NCBI GenBank assembly: GCA_044347745.1 | Contig: JBIKUD010000002.1 | Coordinates: 21,764 to 85,763 of the forward strand | DNA length: 64,000 nucleotides | Direction: 5' to 3' | Source of the DNA: Bdellovibrionota bacterium | Lineage (GTDB): Bacteria > Bdellovibrionota_C > UBA2361 > JAFLCA01 | Shown: piece by piece, positions 29,429-39,325 of the stretch | How the letters are laid out: each line of letters opens with the position of its first letter | Position numbering within the stretch: the first letter of the stretch is position 1 | Notes under the pieces: generated by a model | The model's database searches: none | The model's input: only the letters and a program-made list of their open reading frames with translations | What the model was told of the DNA's origin: nothing | Made by a program: the position numbers and the translations under genes

Positions 29429-30436
29429 ATGAAAAAATTATTGACCGCATTAGACCTCGAAGCCATTTCCATGGGCAGCACCATCTTTGCAACAGGAGGT
29501 GCATTCTCATTTGATGAACAAAAGCGTCTACTAGAGGGTTTTAAGCCCTTTGATTCTAAAGTTACGCTATGGAGTATCGATGAATTTCCACCCGACGCAA
29601 CTTTCGCCACGGTGTACGGAGTTGGAGCCGCTGGCGCAAGTCCCGACGCGCTAGAGGCACTGATTCCCAAAGCCCTCGAGCTGGTACAGAAACGGGTTAA
29701 AAAAAACATAACTGGCATATTCCCCGGAGAGACCGGCATTGAAGCCTTTTTATTTAGGGCCGTCAGTAAGCTTGGCATTCCAGTGCTCGATGCTGACGGA
29801 ACAGGAGGACGGGCAGTACCCGAAGTGCGCATCGATAATTTTATTCTTCAAGGTGTTTCGACCCTTCCCCTTTTTGCACTGAGAGATGACGGGGCAATCC
29901 TACAAATTGATGATTCAAATACGTCGGGAAGTGCACTTGAGGCAAAGATACGAAACTTTAGTCTTGATGGTGGAAGCGGCTCGGTGCTGGTCTTAGACCA
30001 CCTTTGTAGCCCCAAACTTGCTGCAGCAAACTTAACTTTAGGCACTATCTCTAGGAGCCTCACTTTAGGTAAAGCACTCCAAAGTGCAACACCACTAAGT
30101 GAGGTGCTCAACGCCATAGACGCAAACTTTATGGGGAAATTTACAATAATAAAATCTGAATTAGCTAGGAAAAACGGTTTTCTTGCCGGCAATGTATATC
30201 TAGAAAATCAATCAAGTGCACTCACCGTTGAGGTAAAAAACGAAAACTTAAGAGTCCGCAATAATGATAAAACGATAATTCAAGCGCCGCAGCTTATTTT
30301 TCTTATAGATGAGCTCAAACGTACTGCCGTACATAATGCTGAAATTATCGAGAAACAACAGGTTTTGCTGTACACCCTAAAACCAGAAAGCCGCTGGGCA
30401 ACAAAGAAAGCAGAAGAGTTTTTTTGGGCGGCGTGA
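29429..30436 (+). CDS. DUF917-family protein
   Basis: GSTIFATGG, LGIPVLDADGTGGRAVPE, GTISRSLTLG, KNENL, AP.LI. Confidence 0.8.
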   Translation: MKKLLTALDLEAISMGSTIFATGGAFSFDEQKRLLEGFKPFDSKVTLWSIDEFPPDATFATVYGVGAAGASPDALEALIPKALELVQKRVKKNITGIFPGETGIEAFLFRAVSKLGIPVLDADGTGGRAVPEVRIDNFILQGVSTLPLFALRDDGAILQIDDSNTSGSALEAKIRNFSLDGGSGSVLVLDHLCSPKLAAANLTLGTISRSLTLGKALQSATPLSEVLNAIDANFMGKFTIIKSELARKNGFLAGNVYLENQSSALTVEVKNENLRVRNNDKTIIQAPQLIFLIDELKRTAVHNAEIIEKQQVLLYTLKPESRWATKKAEEFFWAA

Positions 30437-30490
30437 GAGTTAGAGCGAGGAAAGGATGAAGTTATGGGACAACACAGGCCGTAGCGAAGA

Positions 30491-30531
30491 GAGGCACTCT
30501 TCAACTGTTTAATACAGCAGAAGAGTGCCTC
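30491..30531. terminator. Hairpin between convergent genes
   Basis: GAGGCACTCTTC...GAAGAGTGCCTC 12-bp stem with inner CTGT/ACAG. Confidence 0.55.
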
Positions 30532-30539
30532 GGCGAGAC

Positions 30540-31229
30540 TTAGTATCCCGCTATCTGAGCTTCGGCATCTTTTACAGACATTACCTGGTCACCAAACACA
30601 ATTTGCGTTTCGCCAGCACATGATTCACCCGACGCATCGGCGTTCAGAGCAGCTGGATCAATCAAGCCCAAACTTGCAAGCGCATCTGATGATATTGCTG
30701 AATCGGACTTACCAATTGATTTACCTTGAACCTCGCCACGGCACTCAGTGCAAGGACCGCAGCCCACTTTCCATCTTACCTGGTATACCAATGTAACTTC
30801 CCACCCATTCGAGGTTTGTTGAATTTTTGGATAGTTTGAAAGTTTAAACTCAATATCGTGTAGCTTGGCCGCGCAAGGGAATCCGTCTTCGCACTTATTG
30901 CAAATGTTCTTATCGTTTTCTTCTATCCACTTTGTTGCAGCTTTTTCAGCCTCTTTCATGGCGGCTTCTTTTTCTTTATCCGTTAAATCGCGAGCCACTG
31001 GAGGAGTACTAGGTGGCGCCCCAGGAGGTGAAAAACCAAAACCCAGGCCACCTTGGGCAGAAAATCCTTGCCCCAAAAATTTGGCGGCTTTGCCAATACC
31101 GGAGGGGCCTTTAGTTACGGTAATTGTAAGCTCTCCTGTGCCGGTCTTCTCACCTTCACACTTGATCGTCGTACAACCGGATGCGAGCACGGCGCAACAG
31201 ACGAGCGCCCAAGAAATAAATCTATTCAT
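30540..31229 (-). CDS. Cys-rich hypothetical lipoprotein
   Basis: Signal peptide with lipobox LASG-C; GAGG SD before ATG 31229; multiple Cys incl. CNKC and CGPCTEC. Confidence 0.7.
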   Translation of the reverse strand: MNRFISWALVCCAVLASGCTTIKCEGEKTGTGELTITVTKGPSGIGKAAKFLGQGFSAQGGLGFGFSPPGAPPSTPPVARDLTDKEKEAAMKEAEKAATKWIEENDKNICNKCEDGFPCAAKLHDIEFKLSNYPKIQQTSNGWEVTLVYQVRWKVGCGPCTECRGEVQGKSIGKSDSAISSDALASLGLIDPAALNADASGESCAGETQIVFGDQVMSVKDAEAQIAGY

Positions 31230-31574
31230 ACACAAACCTCTAATAATAATTAACCTAACAAGCGTCATGCTCGAGGGTCGCTGGATTGATAATTTCAGTT
31301 ACTTTTTGAGAAGCAAAAGAAAAAAGGCGACTAAATTAGATTGTTTACGAACCTAATTCACCCACAAAACCCAGTACATTCGAGACAACTGCCAAACCTA
31401 ACCTGCCGAATAAGTTCCACCAAAACTCGGCAAAGCAGATGCATATAGAGAGTTATGAATGCACTCGAAGCGAGTGTTGCATAAAAATGCTGCTCTTGAC
31501 CCGCCTCAAGCTAACTATCTGATTTAAATAGTTCCCAACAATTCTGTTGGGAACTACTGCAAATTTGTCCCGAC

Positions 31575-33308
31575 TTATCGGAGGTTTTTTTGCTGCTCGA
31601 GGAAATCCCCCAAACTAAGCGGAATACCAATTGCCTTCCCCAACTCCTTCCTCGCAAGCCCGATTGGATCACTGAGCTGATAGGCTGCTGCCAATAAATC
31701 CATAAATCCCACCTCTTTTTCCATGACAATGCCAGGCCTTGACGGTGCAACCCGTGGGGCTTCGCCCTTTTGATACTGTTCACGCTTCTGCTCTATGGGA
31801 GCCTTGGTGGGACAAAGCACCTTCCACAATGACGCTGGCCAAACCGATTTATCCCCCACTGTAATGGCCTGTCTACAAACCGCGAGGAAAATGGGCATTA
31901 TATCACCATCAAAAAATGCCAAAGCCTCGGGAGCAGTAATTTGGGTATACTGGTTATGTGTGGGGTTTTCTGCACCTGCCTTTACAACAACTAAATTTAC
32001 TTTCCAGCCGTCCACACCATATCCGCTTGCAGTTTTCTCAAACGAGATACTATCTCCCGACTGAATAATGCGAAGCATAGTGCTATCTGGAAGTGCAACA
32101 AACACAGGAATTGATTTTTTAGGAGGATGCCTCTGCACCGTAGGGCCGTAGGTAACCAAACGCGGCTCTGCGAGGGATTCCTGCAAAGCAGATTCGTCAA
32201 CCTGAATTAAGGGCAAAAGCCTAGAAAGAATAAATTCAGCATGTAAACTTTGAGGAAATCGGTCTTCTTGCGCCCGTACACTCATTTTTAGAAACTCAAC
32301 ATTATTTCGTACATAAGCAATTGCCTCCAAATAGGAAATCTCACCATATACATGCGCCTTCGAATAATCAGACCCACCTCCCAATTCAACGCCCTTAAAA
32401 CCAATTCCGCCTTCTCGTCCATACTCAGCGTACCCTGATGATGTTTTGAAACAATGAAGCTCTCCGTCTCTGGCGTGAAACATCAGCAAATTATTGTCAT
32501 CTAGGCGCACAAAAGCTGGAGTGCACTTACGTACATCTCGAAATTGCAGCTCTTTCTCTCGCGCCATTTCGCGCTCAGCAGATGCAATTTGAGCAGCTCT
32601 TTGAAGCTCTGCCTCTTTTCGCGCTGCCTCCTCCAATCGGGCCTTTTCGGCCGCCAATTCCTGATCTTGCTTAAGTCTTTCAAGATGACTTGGAGGAAGA
32701 TTCCAAGCTGTATCGAGACGAATGCTTCCTTTGTAGGGTTCTTTACTCACACTGAATAGTGCAGCCTCAATTTCTGGCAGGCCCGCTAGTTTTTCGATCT
32801 TTAGAAGATTTGCTAATGAACTTAAGTTTTTGTACAGAAGCTTCCCCTCATAGAAACTCGCACTATATCCAGCATTGTCGTTTGGTATTTTCTGTGATTT
32901 TAAAGCACCGCTAAAATCTCCAAGCTCCGAGTACAATTTACCAGCGCCCACAGCTTGTTCAGTGCTCAAAGCACCGGAGCCAATTCCAACTTGAAGAGCC
33001 TCATCAAACAGCTGGGTAAAATCTTTGATTTTTGAGAGGAGATAATCACTCTGAGGCTTGGCTAATCTTCCAAGGAGTCCTGGCTCCAAACTTTCGCCTA
33101 TTAAACTAGTAAGCAAAACTGGTACAAAACCACTCAGCGCCCTCTCAAATTTTTGCATCGCTTCTTTCCGCGCTGTTTCTGTTTGAGTTATTGAGGAAAC
33201 TGGTACGGGTGTCTTTTGCGCATCAGGCACTGTTGCGCAAGCACCGAAACCAAACATAAGCCCCAATGCTAACGTTGCTCCCGATTTATCCGCCTGTGTT
33301 GTGTGCAT
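31575..33308 (-). CDS. Hypothetical lipoprotein with central coiled coil
   Basis: LGLMFGFGA-C lipobox-like; E/K/A/R-rich helix. Confidence 0.7.
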   Translation of the reverse strand: MHTTQADKSGATLALGLMFGFGACATVPDAQKTPVPVSSITQTETARKEAMQKFERALSGFVPVLLTSLIGESLEPGLLGRLAKPQSDYLLSKIKDFTQLFDEALQVGIGSGALSTEQAVGAGKLYSELGDFSGALKSQKIPNDNAGYSASFYEGKLLYKNLSSLANLLKIEKLAGLPEIEAALFSVSKEPYKGSIRLDTAWNLPPSHLERLKQDQELAAEKARLEEAARKEAELQRAAQIASAEREMAREKELQFRDVRKCTPAFVRLDDNNLLMFHARDGELHCFKTSSGYAEYGREGGIGFKGVELGGGSDYSKAHVYGEISYLEAIAYVRNNVEFLKMSVRAQEDRFPQSLHAEFILSRLLPLIQVDESALQESLAEPRLVTYGPTVQRHPPKKSIPVFVALPDSTMLRIIQSGDSISFEKTASGYGVDGWKVNLVVVKAGAENPTHNQYTQITAPEALAFFDGDIMPIFLAVCRQAITVGDKSVWPASLWKVLCPTKAPIEQKREQYQKGEAPRVAPSRPGIVMEKEVGFMDLLAAAYQLSDPIGLARKELGKAIGIPLSLGDFLEQQKNLR

Positions 33309-33662
33309 ACATTTCCACCATCAATAAAGAGAATTCAAACCTAGTGCCGTTTTTGCAGATCTGCTGGGCACAACGCGAGCAGAATTTTTATTTTCCCTAG
33401 CTTTTACTCAAATGAGATAGCTATTTTAAACTTTTGGGTAAAAAGTGAGTCGATAATCCGCAACTGGACAGCACGAGGAACTGAGGTTCATCGTTAATCT
33501 GAAAGATGTGGGTGGGGCACCAAGCCTAATAGATCTGCCTAGCGCTGTATCTGCCGCCTAGTCAGTTCAATAGATCCTCGACTTACGTTTCAAGCACAGC
33601 AGCGGTGCGATTATAAGCACGTACACAACAAGAACCGTAGAGGCTTGCTTCTCAAATATCTT

Positions 33663-33680
33663 TATCGTATTTTTACGATA
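33663..33680. promoter_or_regulatory. Likely ArsR operator
   Basis: TATCGTA-N4-TACGATA palindrome 11 nt before the arsR ATG. Confidence 0.65.
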
Positions 33681-33691
33681 TATATAATTAT

Positions 33692-34030
33692 ATGGCAGCA
33701 GCAAAACCAAACAAGTTTGATCCCCAGGTGGCGTCCCTTGCGCGCTACGCTAAAGCTCTCGCCCACCCCGCGCGCATTGCGATTTTACAGACACTTGCCG
33801 AAAGAAATACTTGCATCTGCGGCGAAATAGTCGAAGTGCTGCCTCTTGCCCAATCTACTGTTTCACAGCATTTAAAAGAATTAAAAGCGGCTAATTTAAT
33901 TCGCGGTGAAATCGAAGGGACCAGCAGCTGTTATTGTATCAATCCCGAAGCGTTTAAAGATTTAGAAAAGCTTCTGGGCCCGCTTCTTAAAAAGTGCCGC
34001 GCAAAATTGAATAATAAAAGGTGTTGTTAG
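33692..34030 (+). CDS. arsR: ArsR/SmtB repressor
   Basis: KALAHPARIAIL, CICGEI, QSTVSQHLKEL, C-terminal CC. Confidence 0.92.
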   Translation: MAAAKPNKFDPQVASLARYAKALAHPARIAILQTLAERNTCICGEIVEVLPLAQSTVSQHLKELKAANLIRGEIEGTSSCYCINPEAFKDLEKLLGPLLKKCRAKLNNKRCC

Positions 34031-34223
34031 AAGCCATGATTAGAGCCCACTCAGTAATTCGTAAAATTGAGATGGCTTCTAGGCGCGCCAAGGATGGCGT
34101 GCTCGGCGACCGAGCATGCGAGGAAGCCGGTGCGACGCAAGGACGGGGCCTTTATGGGGTCCCCGTCCGAGCTTGGAGCACTCTCATAAATGCCACGGAT
34201 GGCATTTATGAGATGATTTCTAG
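34027..34223. mobile_element. CTAG-ended structured repeat, copy B, inside the ars operon
   Basis: Core nearly identical to copy A; ends TAGAAGCCAT / ATGATTTCTAG. Confidence 0.75.
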
Positions 34224-34232
34224 GAGTATACG

Positions 34233-35051
34233 ATGAAAAATGCTGATGAAATTAAAGCTTCTGTTCGCGAGAAATATGCTGAAATAGCAAAAAAATCGCT
34301 GAACCAATTACAAAACACCACCTGCTGCGGAACTCAATGCTGCGAAGCACCGCATGACTTCACTGCTTTTAACGATGATTATACAAAGCTGCCTGGCTAC
34401 AACAAAGACGCGGACCTGATGCTGGGCTGCGGAGTGCCCACCGAAGTGGCTGCGATTAAAGAGGGCGATACGGTGCTTGACCTTGGCTCTGGTGCTGGCA
34501 ATGACGCCTTTGTTGCTCGCGCTTTAGTTGGGGCTAGGGGCAAAGTAATTGGGCTCGATATGACTGAGCCTATGATTGAGAAGGCTCGCCAAAATGCAGC
34601 TAAACTTGGCCTAAATAATGTAGAATTTCGTTTAGGCGAAATTGAGAAAATGCCCATAGAGGACAATTCAATCGACGTTGTTATTAGTAATTGCGTGTTA
34701 AACTTGGTGCCAGATAAAAAAGCAGCTTTTCGCGAAATGTTTCGAGTGCTTAAACCCAAAGCTCATTTTTCTGTCTCTGATATTGTCCTTGGAGCCGTCC
34801 TTCCTGCAGGTCTTCAAAAAGATGCTGAGATGTACGCAGGCTGTGTGTCAGGTGCAATTCTAAAATCTGAGTACCTAGAACTTATTCAGCAGAGCGGTTT
34901 TAAAAACATCCAAGTAAAAATTGAAAAACCTATCACTTTGCCCCAAGAGGTGCTGCTAAAATACCTAAGCCCTGAAGAAGCTCGGCAGTTTGAAACAAAT
35001 GGTAATGCACTTCAAAGTATAACCGTATATGCCGAAAAGCCCTCGCGTTAA
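34233..35051 (+). CDS. arsM: Arsenite S-adenosylmethionine methyltransferase
   Basis: CC pairs, LGCGVP, VLDLGSGAGND, ISNCVLNL, YAGCVSGA. Confidence 0.93.
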   Translation: MKNADEIKASVREKYAEIAKKSLNQLQNTTCCGTQCCEAPHDFTAFNDDYTKLPGYNKDADLMLGCGVPTEVAAIKEGDTVLDLGSGAGNDAFVARALVGARGKVIGLDMTEPMIEKARQNAAKLGLNNVEFRLGEIEKMPIEDNSIDVVISNCVLNLVPDKKAAFREMFRVLKPKAHFSVSDIVLGAVLPAGLQKDAEMYAGCVSGAILKSEYLELIQQSGFKNIQVKIEKPITLPQEVLLKYLSPEEARQFETNGNALQSITVYAEKPSR

Positions 35052-35052
35052 C

Positions 35053-35490
35053 ATGAAAGCAAAAGTATTGTTCTTGTGCACAGGCAATTCATGCCGCAGC
35101 CAAATGGCCGAAGGCTGGGCGAAGGCTCTACTTCCCGAGTTAGTTGATGCTTACTCAGCCGGCACTAAGCCCCAGGGGTTAAACCCCCTGGCTACTTCTG
35201 TCATGGCGGAAGCTGGAGTAGACATTTCTCGGCATACTTCAAAACACCTAGACTCTCTTGGCCACATCAAATTTGATCTCGTTATTACTGTTTGTGATAA
35301 CGCGGCTACATCCTGCCCAACTCCACCGCAGGGCACCAAAGTTGTGCACGCCCCCTTTGCGGATCCGCCAGCTTTGGCACAAACAAAAAAAACCGAGGCA
35401 GCAGCGCTAGATTGTTATCGCCAAGTACGCGACCAAATTAAAGAGTATGTCGCAAATGCCCTGCTTGCCTATTTACCCAATCAGCACTAG
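35053..35490 (+). CDS. arsC: Arsenate reductase, LMW-PTPase type
   Basis: [30 protein letters not shown]. Confidence 0.92.
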   Translation: MKAKVLFLCTGNSCRSQMAEGWAKALLPELVDAYSAGTKPQGLNPLATSVMAEAGVDISRHTSKHLDSLGHIKFDLVITVCDNAATSCPTPPQGTKVVHAPFADPPALAQTKKTEAAALDCYRQVRDQIKEYVANALLAYLPNQH

Positions 35491-35501
35491 GAAAGGCCCC
35501 C

Positions 35502-36587
35502 ATGTCTTCGCAATATTCAGCGCCTACTTCTCTATGCTGCCGTCCGTCACTTTCCTTCCTCGACCGTTATTTAACGCTTTGGATATTTTTGGCCATGGCG
35601 ATTGGGGTTTTTGTTGGGCACAGTTTCCCAAGACTAGCGGGCAGCATTTCAAGCTTTTCTGTGGGCACTACCTCCATTCCGATTGCTCTGGGGCTAATTT
35701 TAATGATGTATCCGCCTCTTGCGAAGGTGAAGTACGAAGAGCTTCCTAAAGTTTTTCGAAACTGGAAGATGCTGTTTCTCTCCCTTATTCAGAATTGGGT
35801 CATAGGACCAATATTGATGTTTGTGCTTGCGCTAAGTCTACTGGGCGACAAGCCAGAGTACGCTATCGGGCTCATTATGATTGGGCTAGCTCGCTGTATA
35901 GCCATGGTCATTGTGTGGAATGACTTAGCCCGCGGAGATGCTGAATATGCGGCAGGGCTTGTAGCCCTAAATTCAATTTTCCAAGTTTTTTGTTACCCCC
36001 TCTATGCCTGGGTCTTTATTGCATGGTTACCAACCGCTCTCGGCTTCAACTTTGGTGCGGTAGATTTATCGGGGATAACAATTCGAGCAATTGCTGAAAG
36101 TGTAGCTGTGTATTTAGGCATACCGTTTGTGGCTGGTATAGTTACCCGCATTTTTCTCATTAAACGCAAAGGCCGCGGTTGGTATGAGGGAACATTTGTA
36201 CCCAAAATCAGCCCCATCACTCTCATTGCCTTATTGTTTACCATAGTGCTGATGTTTTCGCTTAAAGGCGAGTATATTGTAGCCCTGCCCTTTGATGTGC
36301 TGCGAATAGCCCTGCCGCTCGTCATCTACTTTGTGCTTATGTTTTTTATCTCTTTTTATCTTGGCCACCGACTGGGGGCTGATTACTCAAAAACTGCGAC
36401 ACTGTCATTTACGGCAGCCGGGAATAATTTTGAACTGGCGATAGCCGTGGCTGTTGGCATATTTGGACTTAACTCTGGAGCAGCTTTTGCGGCTGTTATA
36501 GGTCCATTAATTGAGGTTCCAGCCTTAATTGCACTGGTTAATGTTTCGCTCTACTTTAAGCGCAGATATTTTTCTGAATCACTTTAA
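35502..36587 (+). CDS. acr3: ACR3 arsenite efflux transporter
   Basis: [49 protein letters not shown]. Confidence 0.95.
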   Translation: MSSQYSAPTSLCCRPSLSFLDRYLTLWIFLAMAIGVFVGHSFPRLAGSISSFSVGTTSIPIALGLILMMYPPLAKVKYEELPKVFRNWKMLFLSLIQNWVIGPILMFVLALSLLGDKPEYAIGLIMIGLARCIAMVIVWNDLARGDAEYAAGLVALNSIFQVFCYPLYAWVFIAWLPTALGFNFGAVDLSGITIRAIAESVAVYLGIPFVAGIVTRIFLIKRKGRGWYEGTFVPKISPITLIALLFTIVLMFSLKGEYIVALPFDVLRIALPLVIYFVLMFFISFYLGHRLGADYSKTATLSFTAAGNNFELAIAVAVGIFGLNSGAAFAAVIGPLIEVPALIALVNVSLYFKRRYFSESL

Positions 36588-36595
36588 GCCATGAA

Positions 36596-36898
36596 CTAAA
36601 CGTATTTCTCGCCCCGCAGCACCGAAGCATCTACAACCCAGCAAACAACGGCATAATTCTGGAAGTAGCGCGCGGAAACGAGCTCCATAATTTTATCAGC
36701 AACCGCAGCACTTACGAGCGTCTCAATACGCACGTTCTGCCCAGGAATTTCTCCCGTACGCGTACCTCTAGAGCCCTCACCAGCCGATGCAACAGCCGTG
36801 TAACCCCGAGCACCAGCCTCTTTGATAGTTGCAACAACTTGAGCCTCAAGCACCGACTCAATAACTAAGGTGACTAGCTTTAAGGTTGTTAGTTTCAT
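36596..36898 (-). CDS. sbtB: SbtB/PII-like signalling protein
   Basis: LKLVTLVIES, GARGYT, GEGSRG, NVRIETLV; GGAGG SD before ATG 36898. Confidence 0.8.
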   Translation of the reverse strand: MKLTTLKLVTLVIESVLEAQVVATIKEAGARGYTAVASAGEGSRGTRTGEIPGQNVRIETLVSAAVADKIMELVSARYFQNYAVVCWVVDASVLRGEKYV

Positions 36899-36911
36899 AA
36901 TCACCTCCAAA

Positions 36912-37901
36912 TCAATTCACAAAATATTTTGAGATCTCAAAATAAAGTGGAATACCAAGAACCACATTAAAGGGAAATGTAATTGCGAGCGCTGCGGTAA
37001 GATAATAAGCAGGGTTTGCATCCGGCAAGGTAATTCGTACGGCTGGAGGAGCTGCTATGTACGAGGCACTTGCCGCCATAGCTGCCAGCACCGTGCAGCC
37101 GCCTACGGACAGGCCAGCCCAGGAACCAAGTACTATCGCCAAGCTTCCATGTAAAACAGGAACAAGCGTTCCAAATCCCACCAAAAAGAGTCCAGCTTTT
37201 TTGAGATCGCCCATACGAGCGCCCGTAACCAGACCCATTTCCAACAAAAACAAACACAAGAGCCCCCGAAACACAGCTCCCTTTGGGTCATAAAAAGGAG
37301 CGACCATCTCCCAATTTTTTTGTCCAATAAAATACCCAATCACAAGCCCGCCCACCAAAAGCACCATGGTGCGACCCACAAGCACTTCGTGCAGAGCCTT
37401 TTTTAGCCCCTGACCACCACCGCTTGCTCCCATTACGCCAAGAGCCAAAGCAATTTGCAGTCCTGGTGCCTCAAGCAGTGCCAGCAAAGACGCCATAAAA
37501 CCTTCCAGCGCTGGAATTGTCGGGTCCTTTGAAGCTACCTCCAATACAAACGACTGTGCGGCAATAAAGGTGACCGCTGAAACCGAACCATAATGCGCGG
37601 CGATCGCTGCCGAGTCAGCCGAAGAAAATTTCCCCAGTCGACGTAAAATTAAGAATGACGAGACAGGGGTAACACACCCGATAAAAAGTGTTACAAGCAC
37701 CGGTAGCGCAATCGTTTCCCAGGGCGCCTTGGCAAGCTCAACTCCTCCCTTTAACCCCAGCGCCAAAAGCAAATAAATTGAAATACCCATGTACACATCA
37801 CGAGGCAGGGCAAAATCGCTGCGCAGAAGTTTTGCCAAAATGCCAAGTAAAAAACATAACGTGATGGGACTAACGAGATTGAGATAAAGGATGTCATTCA
37901 T
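36912..37901 (-). CDS. sbtA: SbtA-like (DUF897) sodium-dependent bicarbonate permease
   Basis: IYLLLALGLKGG, AAHYGSVSAVTF, FLLEMG, ASASYIAAP, ITFPFN. Confidence 0.88.
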   Translation of the reverse strand: MNDILYLNLVSPITLCFLLGILAKLLRSDFALPRDVYMGISIYLLLALGLKGGVELAKAPWETIALPVLVTLFIGCVTPVSSFLILRRLGKFSSADSAAIAAHYGSVSAVTFIAAQSFVLEVASKDPTIPALEGFMASLLALLEAPGLQIALALGVMGASGGGQGLKKALHEVLVGRTMVLLVGGLVIGYFIGQKNWEMVAPFYDPKGAVFRGLLCLFLLEMGLVTGARMGDLKKAGLFLVGFGTLVPVLHGSLAIVLGSWAGLSVGGCTVLAAMAASASYIAAPPAVRITLPDANPAYYLTAALAITFPFNVVLGIPLYFEISKYFVN

Positions 37902-37951
37902 AGCGCATTGACATATGACATTTATTTCATGTATTGTCTAGCAGGTGTTAA

Positions 37952-38248
37952 ATGAAAAAATCTCGATCACAATCAGCCCCAGCCGCTCCCTGGACCTTTT
38001 TTACAAACCACAGCCATGTGCTTATTTGCCTCTACCGAGAGCCAGATTTGGCAGTTAAAGAGATTGCCTTGCGTGTCGGCATTACCGAACGCGCGGTGCT
38101 CCGCATTTTAGGCGATCTAGAGACTGAGGGTTACCTAAAACGCGAACGTGTTGGCCGCAATAATCGCTATAGCTTTCAACTTGATAAACCCCTGAGGCAT
38201 CCAATTGAGGCGCACGCCAAGATTAAGGCGGTGATTAAGGCTCTGTGA
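37952..38248 (+). CDS. Winged-HTH regulator divergent from sbtA
   Basis: [32 protein letters not shown]; ATGA-N8-TCAT palindrome in the 50-bp gap. Confidence 0.85.
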   Translation: MKKSRSQSAPAAPWTFFTNHSHVLICLYREPDLAVKEIALRVGITERAVLRILGDLETEGYLKRERVGRNNRYSFQLDKPLRHPIEAHAKIKAVIKAL

Positions 38249-38539
38249 GTTTTTTCCACACTTCACCAAGTCTTTAATAGGCTAAGACTCTTATTACTGA
38301 CCATGCCGTAGATATTAGGCCTTTTGGTCAAGTAGTTGGCAACAAACCAGTTTACGCTTTCGAAACACCCTGGGGCCGCCTTAGCGCAGACCAAGTATCT
38401 AATTCCAGAAAGGTGCAAACCAATATAAGCCTTGGCGCTTTGGAGCTACCTGTTCTTGTAGAACGCGATGACTGTGCTGATTAGACCCAGATGTAAATCT
38501 GAGTAGCCTAAACCACTAGTTTGGCGCTAATCTGCCGGC

Positions 38540-39295
38540 ATGAAAAAACACCCTATAGAAGAAGAAGTTGCGATTCCTACTCCTGACAAAAAGATAATTT
38601 ACGCCACCATTGGGCAACCGAAAGGAAAACCTAAAGGAATGATCGTGTTTGTGCATGGACTTGCATCCACAGCACTGTGGCCAACCATGCTTTTAGGAAG
38701 TTGGTATTTCCGTAATAAAGGCTACGCCTATTGCAGAGTGAACCTTTACGATTGGAGACCAAAGGCAAGAAGTTTAATGACCTCAGACCTGCTTCAACAC
38801 GCTAAAGATACCGACACCGTGGTTGCATATTTAAAACGGCGCAAATTTCGCAATATTTGCGCCGTAGGTCACTCGTTTGGGGGCTTAACTCTTCTGCAGG
38901 CTAAAACCTCAGCCCTCACTGCTGTTAGCTTTTGGGATATGACCTCATTTATTTCATTTCCGCCAAAGTTTTGGTTTCGCAAAGACAAAAATACAGGGGC
39001 CACCTATACACGCGGCAGCTATGAATTATTAATGTCCAGACGCTACGTGAATGGCATTAAGAACTTTCCAGACGAGCTTGGCTTGATTTCAAAAATTAAA
39101 GTGCCCTGCCAAATTTGTTATGCCTCGGGCGAAGGCGCCATGCTGGTTGAAAGCAGCAGGCGTTATTATGCGCATTTATCTGCTGACAAAGAACTTGTTG
39201 CCATCCCCCACGCCAGCCACTCTTTTACAGAAGAAGGCATTGCCGAAAACCTTTTTAGTAAGACCGAAAAATGGTTTAGAAAATATTGCGCATAA
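38540..39295 (+). CDS. Alpha/beta hydrolase
   Basis: FVHGL, GHSFGG nucleophile elbow, HASHSF. Confidence 0.85.
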   Translation: MKKHPIEEEVAIPTPDKKIIYATIGQPKGKPKGMIVFVHGLASTALWPTMLLGSWYFRNKGYAYCRVNLYDWRPKARSLMTSDLLQHAKDTDTVVAYLKRRKFRNICAVGHSFGGLTLLQAKTSALTAVSFWDMTSFISFPPKFWFRKDKNTGATYTRGSYELLMSRRYVNGIKNFPDELGLISKIKVPCQICYASGEGAMLVESSRRYYAHLSADKELVAIPHASHSFTEEGIAENLFSKTEKWFRKYCA

Positions 39296-39325
39296 ATACT
39301 TACGCGCATCGCCACCCAACGCAAC

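Noticed and set aside
34021-34236. 71-aa ORF between arsR and arsM (and similar ORFs at 14535 and 24388)
   Set aside because: They lie on the repeated element and the frames are not conserved between copies
38281-38484. 68-codon open frame with no start codon at its 5' end
   Set aside because: No recognisable motif; at most a gene remnant
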